A DNA stretch of 32,000 nucleotides from Candidatus Altimarinota bacterium (lineage in GTDB: Bacteria > Patescibacteriota > Gracilibacteria > UBA1369), in NCBI GenBank assembly GCA_041659405.1, contig JBAZYK010000014.1:1165-33164 (forward strand), in the 5' to 3' direction. Below the pieces are notes generated by a model, which was not told the origin of the DNA, did not search any database, and saw only the letters and a list, made by a program, of their open reading frames with translations. Position numbers and translations under genes: made by a program. Each line of letters opens with the position of its first letter. Positions within the stretch are counted from its first letter, which is position 1. Shown in pieces: positions 17,249 to 25,219 of the stretch.

Positions 17249-17806
17249 TTAAGACTGAGGTTTATCTGACGATTGTGGCTGTTCAGCATCCTGCGTAGAA
17301 GTTGGTTGCTGGCCGGTTATAGCCTGGGTAGCCGCTTTTGTTAAAACAGTTACCGGCAACTTTTCCGCAACATCACCTAAAACAGGAATCTTCCACCAAT
17401 TACCCATAAATGCCAAATAAGCTGAATATATGGACAAAACAAAAAGTACAAATTGACCCAACATCCCCAAAATTGGACCTAAAGGCCAAAACAAAACGTA
17501 CATAATAACAGTACAGAAAAACAAACCCAACATCAGCAATCCCTGTTTACCATGAAGCTTCACATAGGCACTTTCAGGTCTAACAATCAAAGCCAATAAC
17601 GCCATCATTGGTATATAACAAATAGCTCCCCAAAGCCGATCATCAGAACTAACGGCTGGTTGCACAATTGCAGTTACTGGTGCAGGTGACGAAACCGAAG
17701 CAGCAGTTGGACTTTGAGCCGCTACAGGCTGAACCGGCTGAGTATTTTGACTCTGCGCATTTTCAACAGGAGCGGAAGAAGAGGATTCTACTTTATTATC
17801 AAGCAT
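17249..17806 (-). CDS. DUF4870-like small membrane protein with Pro/Ala/Gln-rich N-terminus
   Basis: Low-complexity N-terminus (APVENAQSQNTQPVQPVAAQSPTAAS), then DRLWGAICYIPMMALLALIVRPESAYVKLHGKQGLLMLGLFFCTVI with about three TMs. It lies between tsf and rpsB. Confidence 0.6.
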   Translation of the reverse strand: MLDNKVESSSSAPVENAQSQNTQPVQPVAAQSPTAASVSSPAPVTAIVQPAVSSDDRLWGAICYIPMMALLALIVRPESAYVKLHGKQGLLMLGLFFCTVIMYVLFWPLGPILGMLGQFVLFVLSIYSAYLAFMGNWWKIPVLGDVAEKLPVTVLTKAATQAITGQQPTSTQDAEQPQSSDKPQS

Positions 17807-17820
17807 TTTGATGAAAATTA

Positions 17821-18507
17821 TTATTTAGTACCTTTCCCACCCAAAATAGCACTTTTAACTTTGTGAATCAAATACGTAAGAGACTTAACCGCATCGTCAT
17901 TTCCGGGAATTGGATAAGCAATACCGTCCGGGTTAGCATTGGAATCCGCAATAGCCACAACCGGGATTTTTACCTTATTAGCTTCACGAACAACAATACG
18001 ATCACGAACCGCATCAGCCAAGAAAATTACATCAGGAAGCCTTTCTACGTCAATAACACCACCTAACGCCGCATCAAGTTTTTCGATCTCTTTTCTTAAA
18101 ACCACTGCTTCTTTTTTAGTGTATTTTTCAAATCCACCTGATTTTTCTTGTTCTTTTAAAGTCTTATAATAACGAATACGTTGCTTCATTGTAGTGAAGT
18201 TTGTCAACAAACCACCCATCCATTTGTGAACAACAAAAGGCATTTTAACAGCTTCTGCGGCCTCTTTCATCAACTCGGCAGCTTGTGGCTTAGTGCTGAC
18301 AAAAAGGATTGTTTTACCACTGGCAGCGGCGTTTCTTAAAAAATCAACAGCTTTATCCAAAGCAATTTCTGTTTTTTCCAAATCAAAAATATGAACTCCA
18401 TTTCGGGCTCCAAAGAGGTACTTTCTCATCTTTGGGTTCCATTTTTGAGTCTTATGTCCAAAATGGACAGCGTTGTCCAACATTTCCTTTATAACGGTCT
18501 GATTCAT
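17821..18507 (-). CDS. rpsB: 30S ribosomal protein S2
   Basis: MLDNAVHFGHKTQKWNPKMRKYLFGARNGVHIFDLEKT, HKWMGGLLTNFTTMKQRI, LPDVIFLADAVRDRIVVREANKVKIPVVAIADSNANPDGIAYPIPGNDD. Confidence 0.99.
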   Translation of the reverse strand: MNQTVIKEMLDNAVHFGHKTQKWNPKMRKYLFGARNGVHIFDLEKTEIALDKAVDFLRNAAASGKTILFVSTKPQAAELMKEAAEAVKMPFVVHKWMGGLLTNFTTMKQRIRYYKTLKEQEKSGGFEKYTKKEAVVLRKEIEKLDAALGGVIDVERLPDVIFLADAVRDRIVVREANKVKIPVVAIADSNANPDGIAYPIPGNDDAVKSLTYLIHKVKSAILGGKGTK

Positions 18508-18516
18508 ATATCCTTG

Positions 18517-18551
18517 GGGTTAATTTACCCTCATCATCTTGCGCTTAACCC
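18517..18551 (-). promoter_or_regulatory. Inverted repeat in the rpsB 5' leader
   Basis: Perfect 7-bp arms GGGTTAA (18517-18523) and TTAACCC (18545-18551), immediately upstream of the rpsB AAGGATATATG start region. Confidence 0.35.
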
Positions 18552-18638
18552 ATAAACGGGAGGACAGCACAATCTAAAGGTAAACTGAAATAAAAACAGC
18601 GAAAATCTATAGTAATTCCGCCATAAATGCAAGGGTAT

Positions 18639-18668
18639 TTGACCAAACAGGGTAAAAAATGCTAAAAT
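18639..18668 (+). promoter_or_regulatory. Sigma70-like promoter for the RsbW-like/STAS/PrsW cluster
   Basis: TTGACC (18639-18644), 18-nt spacer, TAAAAT (18663-18668), 22 nt upstream of the ATG at 18691. Confidence 0.65.
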
Positions 18669-18690
18669 TATATGAACTTTTGAGAATTAT

Positions 18691-19215
18691 ATGGAAACAC
18701 CAACTCCGGAAAACAAACCGGTAAAAATAACAATCACCCTGCCTACCAATGCTTATTTCATGTCGGGGATAAGAGATTTTACTTTATCTCTCATTCGCAA
18801 CATGACCGAATTTTCGGAACAATGGGCATTCAGGTTTCAATCCGTAGTTGATGAACTTTGCAATAACGCAATTGAACACGGCACAGCGCCGGGAGATGAT
18901 ATTAAAATAACTTTCATCAGCAATCCTCACGAAAGTATTGAAATATTGGTTGAAGATAAAAATAACGGCACAAATAAAACAACCGCCGAACAACTAAAAC
19001 AACTGATAGATGAAAGAAGAAAACCAAACTACATTCACAAAGGTATCCGTGGCAGAGGACTTTCTAAAATCGTCGCAGAATGGACGGATGAATTGGAGTT
19101 TAAAGATATAGAAAATAATGGTATTTTAGTTAGAGTGAAAAAGAATTTAAACGATCCAAAACTCAAAGAAATGGCACAATCCTCAGCGGATCCAAGTCAT
19201 CTTGTGCTCAATTAA
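18691..19215 (+). CDS. RsbW/SpoIIAB-like ATP-binding protein (anti-sigma factor / serine kinase family, HATPase_c)
   Basis: N-box VVDELCNNAIEHGTAPGDDIKI, EILVEDKNNG, G2-like HKGIRGRGLSKIVAEWTDELEF. These are the Bergerat-fold motifs. Confidence 0.93.
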   Translation: METPTPENKPVKITITLPTNAYFMSGIRDFTLSLIRNMTEFSEQWAFRFQSVVDELCNNAIEHGTAPGDDIKITFISNPHESIEILVEDKNNGTNKTTAEQLKQLIDERRKPNYIHKGIRGRGLSKIVAEWTDELEFKDIENNGILVRVKKNLNDPKLKEMAQSSADPSHLVLN

Positions 19216-19275
19216 GCGCCCAGTCCCAAATCCATCATTTCTAATTACAAATTATTAATTACTAATTAAAAACCC

Positions 19276-19662
19276 ATGACAGAAATAAACATTACAGTTG
19301 AAGACATTCCGGCAACTACTCAAAACCAAGCGGTAAAACTGGCTAAATTCCAGGGACAGCTTGATGAAAGCAACGTTGACGAAAAATCCAAAATTATTTA
19401 CGGACTCATCGAGCAAAATCCTAAAAACTTATATTTACTTTTCGACTTTGAAGAATTGGAATATATGAATAGCAAGGCCGTAGGATACCTGACCGACTGG
19501 TATGGCAAAATTGCGGAAGCCCAGGGCAAAATCGTTATAGCAAAAGCTAAAAGCAACATCTTGGATATTCTTCAGGTCGTGGGTTTGACTCAACTGATTA
19601 ACACCTATCCAACTTTGGACGAAGCGAAATTTGCGTTATTGCATGACGTTGCTGCACATTAA
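19276..19662 (+). CDS. STAS-domain anti-sigma factor antagonist-like protein (128 aa)
   Basis: VKLAKFQGQLDESNVDEKSKIIYGLIEQNPKNLYLLFDFEELEYMNSKAVGYLTDWYGKIAEAQGKIVIAKAKSNILDILQVVGLTQLINTYPTLDEAKF. MNSKAVG is in the phospho-site position. Confidence 0.92.
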   Translation: MTEINITVEDIPATTQNQAVKLAKFQGQLDESNVDEKSKIIYGLIEQNPKNLYLLFDFEELEYMNSKAVGYLTDWYGKIAEAQGKIVIAKAKSNILDILQVVGLTQLINTYPTLDEAKFALLHDVAAH

Positions 19663-19684
19663 AAATCCTTAATACGGATAGGCT

Positions 19685-20788
19685 ATGGACAGCACCTTTA
19701 CCCTCTATCTTGTTTCTGGACTCTTAGCCCTCGCCCCGGCGGCAATTTGGTTAACCGTGATTTTCAAAAAAACTAAAAGACACGGATTACAAGTACTGCT
19801 CTTTCTTGCGGGAACACTCTCGGTGATTCCGATTTTTGCAATGCAGTACTTCCTGAACTTCTTCCCTCAATTTAGCATTGTCAACTTTCTTCAGGAAAAC
19901 ATCAATGATCAAAATTTCAATTTTATCGTACTTTTTATATGTGTTGGAATAACCGAAGAAATAGTTAAACAAGCCTTAATAAGATTCATAGACAAAAGGT
20001 ACTTGCTGATAGAAACAATCAACGAATCAATTCAATTCAGCCTGGTTGCAGCTTTGGGGTTTTCATTCATTGAAAATATTTTTTACATCTATCATATTTG
20101 GACAAATCTGGGTATCCAACAGCTTTTCATAGCCTACTTATTCAGATCAATTTTCACTACCTGCGCCCACCTTATGTTTTCCGGCATATTCGGTTATTAT
20201 TATGGAATTGCAAAATTCTCATTAAATATTCGTGAACAATCGGAAATGGCCGGCAAAAAACATCATTTCCAAAGGTTCCTGGCAAGAGTCTTTAACTATT
20301 CCAAATCTCAAGCCTTTAAAGAAACAACTATCTTAAAGGGACTTTTTATTGCAATCGGACTACATGCGATTTTTGACTTCCTTCTACAATTAAACCAAAT
20401 TATACCGGTAGTTATTTTCGTAGTGATCGGTTATGGAATTTTGCGACTTCTATTAAAGCAAAAAACAGGAAGGCTTGTTTTGATAAACGATATCGATAAC
20501 GTCCGTGAATCAAGCATGGCAAAGACGGATGAAGAAGTTGTTGTTGAGCTACTCGGCATGTGGTTTAAGGAAAAAAAGTATGTCGATGTAATTCATATCT
20601 GCGAAAGACTTTTGGAACGTGATCCGGACAATAAGGTCGTTCAATTATTCAAGAGTAAAGCCATAGATAACATGAGCAATAACAGTATTTATGCCAAAAT
20701 TTTGGGAACAATGTTTCCAGCCAAATCGATTTCCATTTCAAAACTCATCAAAGTAAAAGAAAAAGACACCAAAGAAGAAAAACTTTAG
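19685..20788 (+). CDS. PrsW-family glutamic-type intramembrane protease with a C-terminal helical/TPR-like tail (367 aa)
   Basis: Conserved PrsW motifs in TMs: GITEEIVKQALIRF (EExxK/Q), LGFSFIENIFYI (FxxEN), FRSIFTTCAHLMFSGIFGYYYG (R...H), IAIGLHAIFDFLL (H..FD). The tail is YVDVIHICERLLERDPDNKVVQLFKSKAI. Confidence 0.87.
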   Translation: MDSTFTLYLVSGLLALAPAAIWLTVIFKKTKRHGLQVLLFLAGTLSVIPIFAMQYFLNFFPQFSIVNFLQENINDQNFNFIVLFICVGITEEIVKQALIRFIDKRYLLIETINESIQFSLVAALGFSFIENIFYIYHIWTNLGIQQLFIAYLFRSIFTTCAHLMFSGIFGYYYGIAKFSLNIREQSEMAGKKHHFQRFLARVFNYSKSQAFKETTILKGLFIAIGLHAIFDFLLQLNQIIPVVIFVVIGYGILRLLLKQKTGRLVLINDIDNVRESSMAKTDEEVVVELLGMWFKEKKYVDVIHICERLLERDPDNKVVQLFKSKAIDNMSNNSIYAKILGTMFPAKSISISKLIKVKEKDTKEEKL

Positions 20789-20791
20789 GCT

Positions 20792-20838
20792 TTACTCAAG
20801 AGCAAAAAATTCGTATCATAAAAAATGCTTTTGAGTAA
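20792..20838 (+). terminator. Probable intrinsic terminator or attenuator hairpin after the PrsW gene
   Basis: TTACTCAAGAGC (20792-20803) pairs with GCTTTTGAGTAA (20827-20838), 12 bp including one G-U. A TTTT run follows immediately. The 23-nt loop is AT-rich. Confidence 0.55.
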
Positions 20839-20844
20839 TTTTAA

Positions 20845-21963
20845 ATGTCCCTAAAAAACGTTAAACTGGCAATCGTTTGTGACTGGTTAACAAACACCGG
20901 TGGAGCAGAAAAAGTTATTTTGGCTCTCCACCATCTTTTTCCGAAAGCGCCAATTTACACTTCCATTTATAATCCACAAAAAATTAAAGGATTTGAAAAC
21001 GCGATAATCAACACTTCATATCTGCAAAACCTTCCTTTTGCAAAAGACAAACATCAATTGTATTTAGCATTGATGCCACACGCCTTTGAAAGGTTTGATT
21101 TGAGCGGGTACGACATTGTTATTTCAAGCTCTCACTCTTGCGCTAAAGGCGTAATAACCAAACCGCAAACTTTACATATTTGTTATTGCCATTCCCCAAT
21201 GCGTTATGCCTGGGAAAATAGTCACAAATATATTCAGGAGTACGAAGTAAACAGTATTGTAAAAAAGATCGCACCGCTTTTCATGCACAAAATAAGAATG
21301 TGGGATCGATTAAGCGCAGACAGAGTGGATAATTTTATTGCCAATTCCAAGCACATCCAAAATCGAATCAATAAATATTATCGCAAACCATCAAGCGTTA
21401 TTTATCCATTTGTTGATTGCAAAAATTATAATGTTAACCCAAATCGACAAGACTTCTTTTTGGCCGTAGGAAGACTAACGCCTTACAAAAAATTTGACCT
21501 TATAATTGAAACTTTTAACGAACTGAACCTGCCCTTGAAAATTGTTGGAACGGGAGTTGCCTACAAAAAATTAAAAGAAATGGCCAATGACAATATTGAA
21601 TTTCTGGGCCACGTTTCAAACAATAAATTAACGGAACTATACAGCCAGGCAAAAGCCCTTATCTTTCCGCAAATTGAGGATTTCGGGATTACTCCGTTAG
21701 AGGCAATGGCTTCGGGATGCCCGGTAATAGCCTATAACAAAGGTGGTGCCCTGGAAACAATCGTCGATAAAAAGACCGGAATATTTTTCAATGAGCAAAA
21801 TGCAGTTACTTTAAAGGCGGCAATTGAAAAATTCAACAAAATGAATTTCGATCCACAGGCAATCAGAGAACATGCCGAGAAATTTGATTTAAAGATCTTT
21901 AACGAGAAAATGCTTGAATTTATTGAGAAAAAGTGGGAAAACTGGGTAACCGATATGCATTAA
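20845..21963 (+). CDS. Family 4-type glycosyltransferase (GT-B fold)
   Basis: LAIVCDWLTNTGGAEKVILALHHLFPKAPIYTSIYN, HTLHICYCHSPMRYAWE, FIANSKHIQNRINKYYRKPSSVIYPFVD, and FPQIEDFGITPLEAMASGCPVIAYNKGGALETIVDKKTGIFF (E-x7-E). Confidence 0.95.
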   Translation: MSLKNVKLAIVCDWLTNTGGAEKVILALHHLFPKAPIYTSIYNPQKIKGFENAIINTSYLQNLPFAKDKHQLYLALMPHAFERFDLSGYDIVISSSHSCAKGVITKPQTLHICYCHSPMRYAWENSHKYIQEYEVNSIVKKIAPLFMHKIRMWDRLSADRVDNFIANSKHIQNRINKYYRKPSSVIYPFVDCKNYNVNPNRQDFFLAVGRLTPYKKFDLIIETFNELNLPLKIVGTGVAYKKLKEMANDNIEFLGHVSNNKLTELYSQAKALIFPQIEDFGITPLEAMASGCPVIAYNKGGALETIVDKKTGIFFNEQNAVTLKAAIEKFNKMNFDPQAIREHAEKFDLKIFNEKMLEFIEKKWENWVTDMH

Positions 21964-21973
21964 TTAATCAATT

Positions 21974-22891
21974 ATGGAAATTGTCGAATATTTAAATTTC
22001 ATAAAAAGGAACTGGAAAGTCTTATTGATGCTGACAATAGTCACAACACTAAGCGCACTTTATTTTGCCAATTCAAAAAATAAAATAAGTTATGAAGACA
22101 CAATTTATGCAAGTATTGGCGCAAAACAAACCGCTTCCACCAGCTTATATGAAAGCGTTCAGGCCGCGGATCAATTCGCCGAAACAATTACCGGATGGTT
22201 CAAAGATCAGAATTTCGTTAATAAAATTTCCGGCAAAAATATAAATGATAATTTTAATATTTCAGCAAAGAAACAGGAAAGACAAAATATTTCAATAAAT
22301 TTCACCGGTTCAACCAAAGAAGAAGCTGAAAAAATAAGTAACAATCTGGAAAAAGAGCTCAATAATCAGCTAGCCATTTACAATAATCTAACTCAAAGTG
22401 GTTTTATAATCGGATCATATTCATCAAATATAGAGCCAAAGAACTATCCTTTCATCTTAGTCGTTATTTTTGGAATGATTGGTGGATTCATACTCGGCCA
22501 AATAATCGCATTGGCCCATGAGTATTTCTTCATGCTTGCCACAACCCAAGAACAGATTATCTCCATTCTTAATAAAAAGCCTTTGGAAAGATTGGGAGAT
22601 GAAAAAATAAAGAGCCTGGAGACTGTTGGTGCCTATTTAAAGGGCCAAAGCGCCAAAAAGGTTATCATTGCCGGATTGAATATAAATCCCGAAAAAATCA
22701 GTAAACTTCTTCAAAAAACCAATTCTGGAAAAACTTTTCAGGCAATTACACTTCCACAAGACTCAATGGAAATAATCAGTAAAGAGTGGATTATCTTGGT
22801 TTGCAGACTCGGAAAAACCAAGCTTCAAGATTTGGAAAAGATTCAAAAACTTTTACCGGGCGATTTTGAGTACCTTATAGTCAATGCATGA
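21974..22891 (+). CDS. Wzz/chain-length-determinant-like polysaccharide co-polymerase
   Basis: N-terminal EIVEYLNFIKRNWKVLLMLTIVTTLSALYFANSKNK, a coiled central region, and a second TM (YPFILVVIFGMIGGFILGQIIALAHEYFFML). It lies between two glycosyltransferase genes. Confidence 0.75.
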   Translation: MEIVEYLNFIKRNWKVLLMLTIVTTLSALYFANSKNKISYEDTIYASIGAKQTASTSLYESVQAADQFAETITGWFKDQNFVNKISGKNINDNFNISAKKQERQNISINFTGSTKEEAEKISNNLEKELNNQLAIYNNLTQSGFIIGSYSSNIEPKNYPFILVVIFGMIGGFILGQIIALAHEYFFMLATTQEQIISILNKKPLERLGDEKIKSLETVGAYLKGQSAKKVIIAGLNINPEKISKLLQKTNSGKTFQAITLPQDSMEIISKEWIILVCRLGKTKLQDLEKIQKLLPGDFEYLIVNA

Positions 22892-24063
22892 ATATCGTCA
22901 TTGATATCAGGCCACTGATGGGAGGGAAAATCAGTGGAATAGAAATCTACATTAAAAATCTTATCGAGAATTTAGTCAGTATAGATCAGACAAACACCTA
23001 TATTCTTTTTGCCAATGCTTCGAGTAATCAAATGCCGTTTTTGCCGAAAATTAAAAGCAAAAACCTGACAATAATTCAGACCAGAATCCCCAATAAAATC
23101 CTAAATTTTCTGCTTATTGCCGTTCAATGGCCAAAGCTGGATCAATTGATTTTAAGGCACCTTGATAGAAATCCACACCTAAGGCCGGAATCGCTAAAAA
23201 AAGACCAAATAGACCTGTTCTTTATGCCGGATTTAAGGCCAAGCGCTTTATCTAAGGAGGTAAGGAAAATCTTAACAATCCACGATTTATCTTTTTTGCA
23301 TTTTCCGAAGTTTTTTTCATTAAAAACACGGCTTTGGTACAAATTAATAAATCCCCAAAAAGAAATAAAAAGCGCAGATAAAATAATTGCCGTGTCGGAA
23401 TTTACTAAAAAAGATATCCTGCAAAACATTGATTATAAAGGCCAAATTAAAGTAATACACCAGGGGATTGCGGAAAATTTTTGCCAAAATATAAAAACTG
23501 AAACCACCAAGCAGGTACTCCGAAAATATCATCTTCAAGAGCCATACCTGCTTTTCTTATCAACAATAGAGCCAAGAAAAAACGTTAACAGGCTGGCAGA
23601 GGCTTTCAACCTATACAAAAAAAGGCATTCACAAAGTAAAATCAAGCTCGTCATAGCCGGCAAAGAAGATAAGAAAATTTTCTCTAAAGTAAAACTGGAA
23701 GAAAATAAAGACATCATCTTTGCGGGTTTTATTGAAGAAAATCAAAAAGAATCCCTGGTTAAGGGAGCAACCGCCTTCATTTACCCATCGCTTTTTGAAG
23801 GCTTTGGGTTGCCATTATTAGAAGCCATGAAATGCGGAGTTCCGGTTATCACCTCCAATACAAGCTCAATGCCGGAAGTTATCGGTGACGCCGGAATTTT
23901 AATTAACCCCAAAGATATAGAATCAATCTCCAAAGCAATCGAAGAAATTCAAAAACCGGAAATTCAGGAAAAACTCAAAAATAAAATGAAGGAGCAAATC
24001 AAAAAATTCAGCTGGGGAAATTGCGCAAAAGAAACATTGGATTATTTTGATTTCTCCAAGTAA
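22888..24063 (+). CDS. Family 4-type glycosyltransferase (GT-B fold)
   Basis: DIRPLMGGKISGIEIYIKNLIENL, KILTIHDLSFLHFPKFF, IAVSEFTKKDILQN, LFLSTIEPRKNVNRLAEAFNLY, IYPSLFEGFGLPLLEAMKCGVPVITSNTSSMPEVIGDAGILINP. The start overlaps the previous stop by 4 nt. Confidence 0.96.
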   Translation: MNIVIDIRPLMGGKISGIEIYIKNLIENLVSIDQTNTYILFANASSNQMPFLPKIKSKNLTIIQTRIPNKILNFLLIAVQWPKLDQLILRHLDRNPHLRPESLKKDQIDLFFMPDLRPSALSKEVRKILTIHDLSFLHFPKFFSLKTRLWYKLINPQKEIKSADKIIAVSEFTKKDILQNIDYKGQIKVIHQGIAENFCQNIKTETTKQVLRKYHLQEPYLLFLSTIEPRKNVNRLAEAFNLYKKRHSQSKIKLVIAGKEDKKIFSKVKLEENKDIIFAGFIEENQKESLVKGATAFIYPSLFEGFGLPLLEAMKCGVPVITSNTSSMPEVIGDAGILINPKDIESISKAIEEIQKPEIQEKLKNKMKEQIKKFSWGNCAKETLDYFDFSK

Positions 24064-25217
24064 TCTTTAACGAAAATAGCAATAATTGTAGCCAGTGGAA
24101 TAGAGATGACAAGACCCAGAATCCCCAAATACTGCGCACCAACCAGCATTGCGAAAATAATGATAATAGGGCTTAAACCAATAGCCTTGTTCATTATAAA
24201 AGGCGCAAGGACATTTACCTCTATTTGCTGAAGAATAAAATAATAGATTGAAACCCAAAGTGCCAAGACAGGGGATTGATTCAAAACAATCGGCATAGCC
24301 AAAGCCCAGGCAAAAACACGTCCAACAACCGGAATAACCATCAAGACACCGGCAATAACCGAAAGTGTTAGCGCGTACTGGACATTAAGTATTAAAAGAC
24401 CAATATAGCTTAAAACCGTACCTGCGACACAAAGCAAGAGTTGACCTCTTACCCAAAAACCGATTTTCTCTTTAACAGCTTCTAGACGGGTTGAAATATA
24501 AACTCCATAACGGGACGGGAAAAGTGAAAGATAAAATTTCTCCATCGATTTTTCTTCCACAGTCATGAAAAAAGTTAAAATCAAAACCAAAAGCACATTG
24601 ATCAAACCAAAAGAAATATTCAAAAGCTGAGAACCAATCACCTGCAAAGCAGTTTGAATTTGACTTGCGGCTGCCTGTAAATCAACAGTTTGATAAAGCT
24701 GAAGAATATAAGGCCTCAACTGTTCCGAAAAAGGAAAATTAACATTGCCGGAGCCCAAATCCTGAACAAATTTCCCTACGGTATGGGCCATATCAACAAC
24801 TTGTGTAGCAATTAAAGGAACAAGATGAGAAATCAAAATTCCAAAAACTACGAATACTAAAAGATAAATCAAAAATACACCAATACTCCTGGGGATTTTT
24901 TTATGTTGCAAATAACTGACCATTGGATGCAAAGCCGCGGAAAAAACAAAAGCCAGGAAAAATAAAATTAAAATCCCATTTATCTGATACAGAAAATAAA
25001 AAAAGACCATCAACAGCAAAACGACAGCTGTGCTTTTTGCCATGCTTGCAGGTGAAATTTCCACAATTACTTTTTCTTCAGTTTTTTGTGTTTTATGTGA
25101 ACTTCTTTCATTAATAAACTCAGAGCCGGAAGCCTTTAAGTCACTCATTTTTTTTTGCAGCTGTGAAATTTGTTTTCTTGTATTATCGAAGATTTTTTTA
25201 AAAATATTGTTTTGCAT
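24042..25217 (-). CDS. AI-2E transporter / PerM-family membrane protein
   Basis: Multi-TM protein with LFFLAFVFSAALHPMVSYLQHKKIPRSIGVFLIYLLVF, VRGQLLLCVAGTVLSYIGLLILNVQYALTLSVIAGVLMVIPVVGRV, NVLAPFIMNKAIGLSPIIIIFAMLVGAQYLGILGLVISIPLATIIAIF. Confidence 0.93.
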   Translation of the reverse strand: MQNNIFKKIFDNTRKQISQLQKKMSDLKASGSEFINERSSHKTQKTEEKVIVEISPASMAKSTAVVLLLMVFFYFLYQINGILILFFLAFVFSAALHPMVSYLQHKKIPRSIGVFLIYLLVFVVFGILISHLVPLIATQVVDMAHTVGKFVQDLGSGNVNFPFSEQLRPYILQLYQTVDLQAAASQIQTALQVIGSQLLNISFGLINVLLVLILTFFMTVEEKSMEKFYLSLFPSRYGVYISTRLEAVKEKIGFWVRGQLLLCVAGTVLSYIGLLILNVQYALTLSVIAGVLMVIPVVGRVFAWALAMPIVLNQSPVLALWVSIYYFILQQIEVNVLAPFIMNKAIGLSPIIIIFAMLVGAQYLGILGLVISIPLATIIAIFVKDYLEKSK

Positions 25218-25219
25218 AA

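Noticed and set aside
15418-18690. FMN riboswitch or S-box controlling the rib or rpsB genes
   Set aside because: The rib genes overlap or are only a few nt apart with no long leader. The rpsB leader has only a short inverted repeat and no recognisable riboswitch core.
19216-19275. AT-rich repeats (CTAATTA...CTAATTA) between the RsbW-like and STAS genes
   Set aside because: Short low-complexity matches expected by chance in AT-rich intergenic DNA. No stable stem or T-run was found.
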